A DNA stretch of 63,018 bases, counting the filler, from Octopus bimaculoides (lineage: Eukaryota): assembly GCF_001194135.2 (NCBI RefSeq). It is 5 parts of 4 records of this genome, joined end to end, with 100 filler letters (N's around TTAATTAATTAA, not from the genome) between each part and the next. Parts side by side here need not be neighbours in the genome. Positions count along the whole stretch, not along the records: positions 1 to 16,510 come from NC_068991.1; 4 more parts are not named here. One strand, written 5' to 3'. Made by a program: the position numbers and the translations under genes. The notes below the pieces were generated by a model that was given only the letters and a program-made list of their open reading frames with translations, ran no database searches and was not told where the DNA came from. Of the stretch, positions 1 to 11,547 are shown one piece after another. Each line of letters opens with the position of its first letter. Positions within the stretch are counted from its first letter, which is position 1.

Positions 1-190
1 AAAAAAAAAACCTATTTGTATATGCTCCACAAGGGAAAACAAGGAACATAGTTTACAACAAGGTGTTATAATCACAACAGCAAGAAAGTATGTACATGAT
101 CACCTTCTTTTACGAAACTTCATTGACTTTCATATATTTATATTGATATACATATATATACGTGTGTTTGGGTGCGTGTGTGTATATACA

Positions 191-281
191 TCTCTATATA
201 TAAAGATGATGCGTAGTCTAGACGGCGTTTTTAGATTTCATTATTCTCTTTAACCCGGGCAACGCCGGGTATTTCTGCTAG
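191..281 (+). mobile_element. 91-bp non-autonomous mini-Helitron
   Basis: Inserted between A190 and T282; 5' TCTCTATATATAAAG, 3' hairpin ACCCGG-GCAACG-CCGGGT followed by CTAG. Confidence 0.8.
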
Positions 282-320
282 TATATTAATATAGCTAACT
301 CTTCTCTAAGTATGGCTTAC

Positions 321-365
321 TATATATTGTACAGACATGTTACCAATTCAAAGATATATTCGAAC
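321..365 (-). CDS. Putative short exon, minus strand
   Basis: ggctttcttacag acceptor, ta|gtaagc donor, open only in phase 2 (FEYIFELVTCLYNI). Confidence 0.35.
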
Positions 366-475
366 CTGTAAGAAAGCCATTTAGTGTATTTTACCGTTGG
401 GAAATTTTCTACAAATACCTTTTAGATGTCATAGCCAACGATTATATCGGAATGGGTTCAAATATGCCTCATGCA

Positions 476-690
476 TAAGGCGGCGAGCTGGCAGAAACGT
501 TAGCACGCCGGGCGAAATGCTTAGTGGTATATCTTGTCTTCACGTTCTGAGTTCAAATTTTGCCGAGATGGACTTTGCTTTTCATCCTTTCGGGGTTGAT
601 AAATTAAGTACCAGTTGCTTACTGCGGTCGATCTAATCGACTCGCCCCCCCCCCAGATTTCGAGCCTTGGCCTAGAATAAAAAATATGCC
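476..690 (+). mobile_element. SINE-like family B copy (AGGCGGCGAGCTGGCAGAA head), CpG-intact
   Basis: Related copies near 3405-3665, 3680-3900, 19950-20125, 20531-20745 and 38480 (+) and 780-1010, 14135-14345, 58640-58850 (-); B-box-like GAGTTCAAAT. Confidence 0.8.
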
Positions 691-1918
691 TCAAGCATTT
701 GAAGTAGTAAAAAGTTTGTATCTATACACACATTATTGCTTAGCGTTGTCACCCTGTACTATATATAACATTACTACGAACAAGCATAATAATTTGAAAT
801 TTTGATACAAGAGCAGCAAATTTAGGAGGTAGGGAATAGTCAATTACATTGACACACCTGTGCTTAGCTGGTATTTATTTTACAGTTCCCAAAAGGATGA
901 AAGGCAAAATTGATCTAGGTAGGATCTCAATTCATATTTAAAAGAACTGGAACAAATAATACAAAGTATTTTGCCTGATACTTTAGCATTTCTACCACTC
1001 CAACGCCCTAAATAGGTGCAAAGCCTGAAGTTTGATTTATCAACCCCTGCCCTTCAAAAAAAGAAGAAAAAAAACTTCTTATCTAGTGCCTGTTTAGGGC
1101 GTTGGAATGGCTGAATCGTTAAAGTGTTCGACAAAATGTCTTGTGATATTTGTTTAGTCTGCCCCTTAAGTGTACCCATAACAACTTTGGTCTCAGAACT
1201 AATAATATCCTACAAATGCATCAAAACCAGAAACCTCATTCATAACACACCACAAACGTGAGTTTAAGAACAAATTGCAGATGACCAACATGAGATTTAA
1301 ATTTGACTGTAAAACTGAAAGTTACCAACTTGAGTACTTTAGCTCTTACTTTGGACAGAGTACAACATTCTCACATAGGCTCACCATGTACTTGACCATT
1401 ACATAACATTACACTACAAAATAAATTTGAATAGAAAATACTAGAGGAAAATACTTCAGTACTTCATAAAATTCCACTTAAAAATAGAAGATTAATTAAG
1501 GAAAACACTCATGTTAGAATAGATTACGAAAATTAACACACAAATACACACATTAAAAAATGAACATGTGGCTATTAATGGTTAAAATTTGATTGCAACA
1601 AACAGTTCATGTGACTGCTGAGGCATGAAGCTAATGATTAAAAGACCTTTGGCAGAGAAGTGAAACATAATTCAACCAGCATAAAGAAACAACACAGACA
1701 CCAAATACATTCATTTCTTGAAAATGAGATTGTGAAGGTGTGGAAATGTTGAAGAAAAAAATAGAAAAAATCTAAAATAAAAAAGATGAAACTCGAACAT
1801 AGTCGTGTATTTAATGAAGCATGTAGAAAAAAAAGCTGTTCCCTATATAAATACAATAAGATACATAAAAGCATGCATATATAAACATTTACATATGTAC
1901 AAACACACATACACACAC

Positions 1919-1956
<38 letters not shown>

Positions 1957-1973
1957 NNNNNNNNNNNNNNNNN

Positions 1974-2014
<41 letters not shown>

Positions 2015-2058
2015 CATAAATATATAGGGATTGACAGTAACCTGCTTCTCCAACATAC

Positions 2059-2101
2059 TGAGAATTCAGAAATAGCAGTCAAAGAACTACTGATTTCAAA
2101 A
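2059..2101 (-). CDS. Putative exon of the same minus-strand gene
   Basis: aatttgtag acceptor, tca|gtatgt donor (alternative donor 17 nt further downstream, ag|gttact), open frame FEISSSLTAISEFS starting in phase 2. Confidence 0.45.
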
Positions 2102-2299
2102 CTACAAATTATTACTCCAGATTGATAGCGATATTTTTGAATTATTAATTTTATTACTAATTGACGATTCCCTGCCCTGCATATCTATATATATATATAT
2201 ATATAGAAAGAGAGAGAGAGAGAGAGAAAGTCAGTTGATGAGATCCAGTGATACTCAATATACAAAACACTTAGGAGCGCTCAAATGATTTGAACTTAC

Positions 2300-2345
2300 A
2301 CTCCAAAGTCCTTATCAAGGACTAATTCTGCGGAGTAAAGAGTGA
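2300..2345 (-). CDS. Putative exon of an unidentified minus-strand gene
   Basis: ttcctcttatag acceptor, gt|gtaagt donor, open frame xTLYSAELVLDKDFG(V), phase 1-2; fits the exon starting at 2101. Confidence 0.5.
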
Positions 2346-3404
2346 CTATAAGAGGAATCCAGGTAAGCAGATATGGAGATAATGATGCAAATAAACAGAT
2401 AAATGGCTTGCACTTGGTATATAAAATATACATAAATGCATCTTTCTCCACTCAGATAACTTAGTACATACTAAGTAGTTTTGGTTGAATAAAGATGTAT
2501 ATACCTATGCATATTTTATATATCTAAGCCAAGCATTTTATCTATTTACATCATTATCTCTGTATATAGATATATGTATACACATGCATGTATGCACACA
2601 CATAGACATACATTTATTTAAAACCACCCTGCTATACTTGTACATGCAGGAGGGGATGGGGTCTGGATCTAGCCCCCTTTCTTTTCTATCTGACATAACA
2701 AATATTACCCCCACCCCCACCCAACTGATTCTCATCTCCTAACACCTATTACACCCCTACCTATGGTACTACTCAGCTACTGTAATCATCTGAAAGCATA
2801 ATCAATACATTACATTCCCTTCCTTCCAGCCAACCTCGATCCCTCCTCCCCTCACCCTCTCTGGAACCACTTCCATTCCTCATTATCATTCTGCCTGCAC
2901 TATTTCTACCAAGCACTTCCTTACTGTGCCTTCTGCCATTGCTCTCTTTCCTCTGCTATACTCCAATCTTCTCTTGTTTACTATTATTCCCAATGCCCTC
3001 TTATGTACTGCTATCATCATGCCCATATGCACCTCTATATCTCCCTCTTCACTGCTGTACACCTTGCACATTATTCCCCTACTTTCTCATCTATTCTCCT
3101 CCCTGAACCATACCTGTACCTCACACTTTACCCCTCTCTATACTAGTATTCCTCTTCAACCATACCTCCATCCTTGTTCATCACTTGCTATATTCACCTC
3201 TATCCCCATCTTTAACCATCTGTCATTCTTCCCGTCACACTCTTAAGAAAGTATCCACTCTCTCATCCCCTCCCATGACCCACTGTCTATATCCTCTCTT
3301 ATGCTCACCTTCTTGTTGTTTGAGAATTTGCTTTAGCACCCCATTACTACCTCCCTTTTATCTTCTTCAGTTATGTAGGGTTTTAGTTGTGTATGGCTGG
3401 TGAT

Positions 3405-3900
3405 TAAGAGAGGTAGGGAAGTGTGGTAATGTTGTTGCTAACATGTTGTGATTGTATAAGATAGCAACATTACTATTAGCACTTCAGACAAAATGCTTAG
3501 CAGCATTTTGTCCATCTTTACATTGAGTTCAAATACCACCAGGGTTGACTTTGCCTTTCATCCATTCAGAGTCAATAAACTAAGTACCAGTTGAACACTG
3601 AGCCTCATGTAATTGATTTACCCCTCCCCCGAAATTGCTGGCCTTGTGCCAAAATTTGGAACCAATATGTTGTGATTATGTAAGGTGGTGAGCTGGCAGA
3701 ATCATTAGCACACCAGGTAATATATTTAGTAGCATTTCGACTGTCTTTACAGTCTGAGTTCAAATTCCATCAGGGTCAACTTTGCCTTTCATTCTTTCAG
3801 GGTTGGTAAAATAAATACCAGATGAACACTGGGATTGATGTAATTGACTTACTTTCTCTCCCAAAATTGCTGGCCTTGTGCCAAAATTTGAAACCAATAT
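3405..3900 (+). mobile_element. Two adjacent family B SINE copies
   Basis: Both end in aaattgctggccttgtgccaaaattt(g/t)gaaccaatatgttg; CpG-decayed. Confidence 0.75.
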
Positions 3901-3959
3901 GTTGGGATTGTGTCCTTATATTGTTGAAGTAAACAAGACTGGCATGATCCTTTTTGGAG

Positions 3960-4560
3960 GATGTTTTTTGTAGTGTCTATTCATAGAGTAAGTACAGGAT
4001 TGGTGTGAAATATCCAGGTTGCATGTAGATGGCTCTTAGGCATGGAAAGTTGTGGAGGAATGAAGAGTGATTCATCAGTGTAAGAGGTGATAGAATGTGA
4101 GTGAGATATGCATGTATTAGAACATGTGACAATGGGGAAATCTGGTAGGAAGCCACTGGCCCAATGGATAAGAGGTAGATGGCGGTCAAAGATGGCCTGT
4201 TTTGCTAGGAGATTTGCATACCAGATGTAATCAAATGCTTTGCTGCTGTTGAGTGTAAAATTTTCCAAATACCTCCTAGTATAAAACATAAGAGAATAGA
4301 TTTTCTGTAGATTTTGCTTTATGGAATCTGTACTAGTATTCGTTGGTGAATGAAAAATAGTCAAGGTGTTGGAGAAGGTTGTTATTGATAGCTGTTTCTG
4401 TCATCATAGACATGTTGGATGTGAGTATGTTAGAGTGATTATTGAATGGTCGAAGGTGTTACCTTTCCTGGGAATGGGATACATTGTCATGCATTTCCAA
4501 AGGCTGGGATTATCCTTGAACAGAAAGAGAGAGATTAAAGAGTTTAGTAGGAGCTAGCTC
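3960..4560 (-). pseudogene. Degenerate LINE reverse transcriptase (CR1/L2/Jockey group)
   Basis: Frameshifted TKLFNLSLS..IPSLWK..PIPRKG..., YRFHKAKST and SKAFDYIWYANLLAK motifs of RT subdomains 1-3. Confidence 0.75.
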
Positions 4561-5307
4561 TGTAAGGTTTGATTATGTATTCCACACTTGTCTGCACTTT
4601 AATGATCCAGTTGCTGTTTCTTTAACCTGTCACACATGAATGCAGATGAAGCCAGCCTTTACCATCTCTTAACATTCTGCACATAATCCTCACACCTCGT
4701 GTCACAAGCACATTACTCTCATGAATATGCAAGCTAGACTTCATATCAAGTAGCCTAGACACCCGTCTGTTCATTCATTTTCTCTGCCCCTATTCCTGGG
4801 AGGGTTTGTGAGGACAGAGTCCTCAGGTGTCTTCTCCAAAGGGTCATATTAGAAACAATTTTCATTACACTTTCTGGCTGAATTCTCAAGTGCAACCAAC
4901 TGAGACTGGATATTATCCAACCATCTTATTATTTGTCTACTCCTAGGTCTCCTGTCTGTTGGCTTGGCTCAAAGAACCCATCTTGCAGTTCTTCCCTGCA
5001 ACATTCTAAAATAACTATAAACATTGGTCTCAAAAACATCATTCAATGCAAATCTAGATTTCTTATTCAGAACCAAAGCAGTCATTATTCACATTAATGA
5101 ATAAATCTCACAATGCCACATATTCTTTCTACACATGGACATCACACAGCTTAAAACCCTCAAGGATTCTTTAAATACTGATCCTCACAATTTCTCATGA
5201 TGTTTCGTGGTCACTATACATATGTATTCCAAAGCTTAGGTTTGTTCTTTGGAAGAGAAAACATTTGTTTTGTTTTGTTTCCCTATAAAATATAATTGTA
5301 ACCCACA

Positions 5308-5680
5308 TGACTGTGTGGTACGTAGCTTGCTTCCCAACCACATGGTTCCGGGTTCAGTCCCACTGCGTGACACCTTGGGCAAGTGTCTTCTACTATAGCC
5401 TCAGGTCAGCTGAAGCCTTGTGAGTAGATTTGGTAGACAGAAACTGAAAGAAGCCAATTGTATGTGTGTATATATATATATATATATTGTCTGNNNNNNN
5501 NNNATTGCTTTACAACTGCTGTCGGTGTGTTTACGTCCTCATAACTTAGCAGTTCGGCAAAAGAGATCGATAGAATAATTACTAGGCTTACAAAGAATAA
5601 GTCCTGGGGTCAATTTCTTCGACTAAAGGCAGTGCTCCAGCATGGCCCAAATGACTGAAACAAATAAAAGAATCAAAGAC
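5308..5680 (+). mobile_element. tRNA-derived, CORE-like SINE family A copy
   Basis: A box TGGCTGTGTGG-like, B box GGTTCAGTCC, CACCTTGGGCAAGTG core, internal (TA/TG)n, tail GACTGAAACAA(G)TAAAAGA. Confidence 0.8.
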
Positions 5681-5689
5681 AAAAAAACT

Positions 5690-5998
5690 GGCAACATCAG
5701 TTCCAAGGATGAGGTTTTCAGTCGATCTAATCAACAGAACAGCTTGCTCATGAAACTAACATGCAAGTGGCTCAATATTCTAGAGTAATGTAGTTCTCAA
5801 AGAGATTCAGCATGACAAAATGTGACAAGGCTGACTCTTTGAATTGCAGGTACAGCTCATATTTGCCAGCTGAGCAGACTGGAGCAATGTGAAATAAAGT
5901 GCCTTGCTCAATTGCACAACATGCTACTAGGAATTGAACTCACAACCTTGTGATTGTGAGCCAACTATTCCTAACCACTAAGCCAAGTGCCTTCACTA
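5690..5998 (-). mobile_element. tRNA-headed SINE family D
   Basis: Minus strand begins GTGAAGGCACTTGGCTTAGTGGTTAGG...GTGAGTTCAATTCC (pol III A and B boxes). Confidence 0.65.
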
Positions 5999-6203
5999 AC
6001 CCACTGGACAATGACACTGTTATATGTGTTAAATATCTGAGACTGCCTTGTATAGTAAGCACTCAGGTTATTAATAAATATTTTATCACCAGCTTACTAC
6101 AATTACTAACCCGTAAATTTTTTTGTTTTTCATTATTAGTGTGCAAAAAGGGACCAAAGCCAATCGCTTTTGCAGACTCCCTGAGAATAGACCCTATCAT
6201 GGC

Positions 6204-6656
6204 CAGGCCTGGCTAACTTGAATTACATTGCAGGCCACTTTAATCACAGAAAGTTTTTTGAGAACTGCTTGTATACTGACAGAATTGAAAGCATTTTACT
6301 TTCTCATACTATTATTACAATAATGAATGAATGATCATTGATTGAACATGAAATATTATCGTTGCAAAAATAATATCTTTCATTATTACTTTTCATCACA
6401 GTCTTTAATTTTTGATAAAATTTTGAAAATGTTTGTTTAAATAAACCCATTTCAAGAAAGTATCAAGCAGGCCGCAAGATAAAAGTCTGTGGGCTGCATA
6501 CAGCCTGTGGGCTGNNNNNNNNNNTGGGCTGCATACAGCCTGTGGGCTGCATACAGCCTGTGGGCTGCATACAGCCTGTGGGCTGCATACAGCCTGTGGG
6601 CTGCATACAGCCTGTGGGCTGCATACAGCCTGTGGGCCTCAATTTGGCCAGCCCTG
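6204..6656. mobile_element. hAT-type MITE with internal 18-bp minisatellite
   Basis: Imperfect TIRs CAGGCCTGGCTAACTT / AATTTGGCCAGCCCTG; target duplication not convincing. Confidence 0.55.
6488..6637. repeat. Minisatellite (TGTGGGCTGCATACAGCC)n, about 8 copies, gapped
   Basis: Identical 18-bp units; explains the PTGCMQ and WAAYSL repeat ORFs. Confidence 0.95.
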
Positions 6657-8224
6657 ATTGTAACCAATCCTGTGAATCAATCCAAATGTGTATATTACAT
6701 ATCCTCATGATGCACTTACCTCCCCTCTTCATAAAACTCACCTGGTGACCACTTATTAAAGCTCAAAGTAAATGCTTGGTTTCATTCCTGCTGGAACGTC
6801 ATCTCCTTGGAACTTCTGTACTGTAGGCATCAGCCATAGAAGTTTAAGTGGACGATCAACTTAATCAGTCTGTATGACAATAATCATAGATATTACTCTT
6901 TCTCTCTATCTGAAGGAAGAAGCACACTCTAAGATGTAGAGCAGTATATATTAAAAACGGAGAAGGTCACTTTTTGTGATTCCCTTATTTTTCCCATCCA
7001 CAAAGGGCTTAGCTTTATGGCGTATCATCAGATCCCAATAAAAAGTGGAGTAGCTGACTTCAAATCGCACCATATTTATGAGAGACCCATGATTTCTGTA
7101 AATATGTACAGGTGTGGCTCTTTATGGACAAGCCAAATATGTTCATGATAAACCCTTTATGGACAGAAAACCTAAGGTAATCCCATAAAATGGTCTTCCC
7201 CATTTTTAATATCCCTGACCACTACATTTATATATTTTTTCTCCTTGTTTCTTTCTGTGTTCCTTTCAGTTGAAGAGCGTAGGCTCGAAACGTCAAAGAC
7301 TTTCTCTATTCCCGAGCGTTAAACTAATACAGCCATTTGTTGTTTACACCACCTGTCTTCGTCTGTTGTTTTTTTCGTAAATTCTCCTATNNNNNNNNNN
7401 NNNNNNNNNNNNNNNNNNNNNNNNNNNNNNNNNNNNNNNNNNNNNNNNNNNNNNNNNNNNNNNNNNNNNNNNNNNNNNNNNNNNNNNNNNNNNNNNNNNN
7501 NNNNNNNNNNNNNNNNNNNNNNNNNNNNNNNNNNNNNNNNNNNNNNNNNNNNNNNNNNNNNNNNNNNNNNNNNNNNNNNNNNNNNNNNNNNNNNNNNNNN
7601 NNNNNNNNNNNNNNNNNNNNNNNNNNNNNNNNNNNNNNNNNNNNNNNNNNNNNNNNNNNNNNNNNNNNNNNNNNNNNNNNNNNNNNNNNNNNNNNNNNNN
7701 NNNNNNNNNNNNNNNNNNNNNNNNNNNNNNNNNNNNNNNNNNNNNNNNNNNNNNNNNNNNNNNNNNNNNNNNNNNNNNNNNNNNNNNNNNNNNNNNNNNN
7801 NNNNNNNNNNNNNNNNNNNNNNNNNNNNNNNNNNNNNNNNNNNNNNNNNNNNNNNNNNNNNNNNNNNNNNNNNNNNNNNNNNNNNNNNNNNNNNNNNNNN
7901 NNNNNNNNNNNNNNNNNNNNNNNNNNNNNNNNNNNNNNNNNNNNNNNNNNNNNNNNNNNNNNNNNNNNNNNNNNNNNNNNNNNNNNNNNNNNNNNNNNNN
8001 NNNNNNNNNNNNNNNNNNNNAATTTATAAGAACTTTTAAATAAGTTCTTCACCGATAATGGTGTTTACATACCGAAGGGCTTGGTAAAAATTATTAATTA
8101 TTAATTTATTAATAAATTAATAATCCTTTACTCTTTTATTTGTAATAATTATGTATAGATATATATATCTATATATGTATGTATATGTGTATATATGTGT
8201 GTGTGTGTATATTTATAATATATA

Positions 8225-8280
<56 letters not shown>

Positions 8281-8619
8281 GATATCTAGATGTTATTGAA
8301 ATGCAGGGGCACACAAAAACGATACCAATCTACATCCCAATGTGATCTAAAAAATTTCCTTTACTTTCCTGAGTAAAGACATAAAAAGTATCTCAGGAAT
8401 GTCCTCACCTAAATATTTCAGCATACCATTGTCATTGTTCACTTAGTGAACATCAACTACTTTCCCAGTCATAACCGTGGATTATTTCTAATATATAAAT
8501 TAAATATTTATTCCGCATAATGAAGGATTTCCTTCTAATATTTTTAATGAAATAAATCTACTCAGCTAAACTGAGTCTGAATTCATTTACTGGTAATATG
8601 CTTCTGTCCAAAGGCTCAC

Positions 8620-8682
8620 CTGAATAGTTTTCTAAAGTGTTATGCTTTAAAATATCCTGACGTAGTTTTGCATTAAATTTTT
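8620..8682 (-). CDS. Putative 63-nt exon (coding or 5' UTR), minus strand
   Basis: Strong tttttttcttttcag acceptor and cag|gtgagc donor; open in phase 1 (KFNAKLRQDILKHNTLENYS). Confidence 0.45.
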
Positions 8683-9096
8683 CTGAAAAGAAAAAAACGT
8701 ACATATGTTATTTATCATATTTTAATATATAGCATATGAATACATACATTTGTACCTACATACATACATACATACATATGTACACACACACACAAATACA
8801 TACATACACACACATATACATATACAATGTCTCTTCAAAAAGCAAAGAAAAAGAGGATAACTATAGACAGCTGATTTGAAAATTTCAGCTTCTATGCTCA
8901 GATTATAAATTTACCTTTATACTAAATACTGATAATAAATAGTGCACTTGGTTTTGTGAATAGATCCATAAATAACAACCTGGAAAAGTTAGGGTTTTCA
9001 GAAAAAGAAATTAACCAGCTAATTCGCCCATTACAAACAGAATTTATAAGCTGAACAGTAAGAATATACAAGACCTTTCTTAAGTTTAAAACATGA

Positions 9097-9140
<44 letters not shown>

Positions 9141-9210
9141 NNNNNNNNNNTATCTATATATATATATATATGGTAAAGCGAGTTGTCACATTGAAGTGGC
9201 AAGTGATATA

Positions 9211-9243
<33 letters not shown>

Positions 9244-9293
9244 ATCATCCATAAAAACAAACCTGAAAAGAAGTTATAGAGCTTTATGGTGTA

Positions 9294-9369
9294 TCATCAG
9301 ATTCCAAAACCTGTTGGCTAAAGGCCTCTCTAGAGAGGCCTTCAGCCAACAGGTTTTGGAATCTAATGA
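9294..9369. repeat. 76-bp near-perfect palindrome centred on TCTAGA
   Basis: Two mismatches, no spacer. Confidence 0.92.
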
Positions 9370-11547
9370 CAAGTCCTTTATGGACATGAAACCTAAGGTA
9401 ATCCCATAAACCGGCCTTATCTAATTTTAATATATATATATATATATCAGGAGCGTATATTCTGGATGTGTTAGATGTGCACTGTACACCCGTTGAAAAT
9501 AGCAAATTCATTATAAATATTAACCTTATTCGTTAATTTCATTACATATCATAATGGAAAACTTTTGTTATATCCCTGTTTGAAATTTGGTGGTGGGTGT
9601 CCTGAAATAACACTGCACACCTCACAGTGTATTGTATCATAATATGGTGCCAGGTGTATTGTAGGACAATGGAAGAAAGGCAAAAAGTCGATGGTGAAGT
9701 GTGTGCGACAGCTTTGACAGCACGCTCGCATGCACATTTTCATGGCAAGTAGTTGTACGGTTAAATTAATTTAAAATTCCTAAACTAAAACTAATTTTTT
9801 TTTTACAATAATTGTACATTTAAATTAATTTAAAATTCCTAAGGCAGAGCTAATTTTTTTTTACAATAATTTTTTTCTTACAATATCATCATATAACTCT
9901 GATCTTAATTTGTTTTCAAAACTAATAATACACTTTTAGAAGTGAGAAACAAAACTTAAGTCAGTTCAAATTCTGGTGCTGTTAGTGCACCAAACTCTAC
10001 AAGTTTGAGCAGTATCAGCTGTTTCCTCATTTGTCACTGAAAATGATTCGATGTGAAAGGTTGTGCATGGATATTTTGTTTAGTAAATTTTGTGATTTTC
10101 TTAGTTGTGTGCTTAGGAATTTTATTTGATATTTAATTAGTGTAGATCTGAAACATGTATTCATATTTTCAATAGAAATATAGTTTGTATGCTTAATTTG
10201 ACTAATATACAGAAAGTGTGTCAATAGCCACCTGGAGATGTCTTCCTGGGGCTACAAGCTACAGAAGCATCAACCCTTAAGGGTTAGCCACATTTAGGTG
10301 GCAAATATACTTCATGATGTCATGCAGCTATTGTTTATACCTTGCTCAGAGATTTATTATTGCTTGTTTCCAACTTTTTGAGATCAGTGACTTTTTGTCA
10401 CTGGAAAAGGTATATATATATTTGCATTGAGAACCACTTCCCATCATCAACCGGTGTGTCACCCTTCTGTGTTCGGCTACTGTTGCTCAGTGAGTTTATT
10501 TGGTTAATGCATTTTTGTTATTGATTTATCTGTTGAAATTGTTACGTTTGAGCTCTTGTTGAAATTGAACTGTTGTCGTCGTTTTGACGAAAATTTTCGC
10601 CCTNNNNNNNNNNNNNNNNNNNNNNNNNNNNNNNNNNNNNNNNNNNNNNNNNNNNNNNNNNNNNNNNNNNNNNNNNNNNNNNNNNNNNNNNNNNNNNNNN
10701 NNNNNNNNNNNNNNNNNNNNNNNNNNNNNNNNNNNNNNNNNNNNNNNNNNNNNNNNNNNNNNNNNNNNNNNNNNNNNNNNNNNNNNNNNNNNNNNNNNNN
10801 NNNNNNNNNNNNNNNNNNNNNNNNNNNNNNNNNNNNNNNNNNNNNNNNNNNNNNNNNNNNNNNNNNNNNNNNNNNNNNNNNNNNNNNNNNNNNNNNNNNN
10901 NNNNNNNNNNNNNNNNNNNNNNNNNNNNNNNNNNNNNNNNNNNNNNNNNNNNNNNNNNNNNNNNNNNNNNNNNNNNNNNNNNNNNNNNNNNNNNNNNNNN
11001 NNNNNNNNNNNNNNNNNNNNNNNNNNNNNNNNNNNNNNNNNNNNNNNNNNNNNNNNNNNNNNNNNNNNNNNNNNNNNNNNNNNNNNNNNNNNNNNNNNNN
11101 NNNNNNNNNNNNNNNNNNNNNNNNNNNNNNNNNNNNNNNNNNNNNNNNNNNNNNNNNNNNNNNNNNNNNNNNNNNNNNNNNNNNNNNNNNNNNNNNNNNN
11201 NNNNNNNNNNNNNNNNNNNNNNNNNNNNNNNNNNNNNNNNNNNNNNNNNNNNNNNNNNNNNNNNNNNNNNNNNNNNNNNNNNNNNNNNNNNNNNNNNNNN
11301 NNNNNNNNNNNNNNNNNNNNNNNNNNNNNNNNNNNNNNNNNNNNNNNNNNNNNNNNNNNNNNNNNNNNNNNNNNNNNNNNNNNNNNNNNNNNNNNNNNNN
11401 NNNNNNNNNNNNNNNNNNNNNNNNNNNNNNNNNNNNNNNNNNNNNNNNNNNNNNNNNNNNNNNNNNNNNNNNNNNNNNNNNNNNNNNNNNNNNNNNNNNN
11501 NNNNNNNNNNNNNNNNNNNNNNNNNNNNNNNNNNNNNNNNNNNNNNN

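Noticed and set aside
2690-3360. CT-rich ORFs of 72-106 aa (also 19472-19702)
   Set aside because: Low-complexity pyrimidine tracts lacking stops by composition; possibly eroded repeat sequence.
5308-5400. tRNA-like A and B boxes
   Set aside because: SINE heads; no complete cloverleaf, so no tRNA gene is called.
6452-6748. Repeat-peptide ORFs PTGCMQ / WAAYSL; CRISPR-like appearance
   Set aside because: Pure 18-bp tandem repeat with no spacers, in a eukaryotic hAT remnant.
10540-10603. CpG-containing stretch as the mariner C-terminus or the RTF1 5' UTR
   Set aside because: No transposase motif or TIR, and it lies on a different segment from RTF1; undecidable next to a gap.
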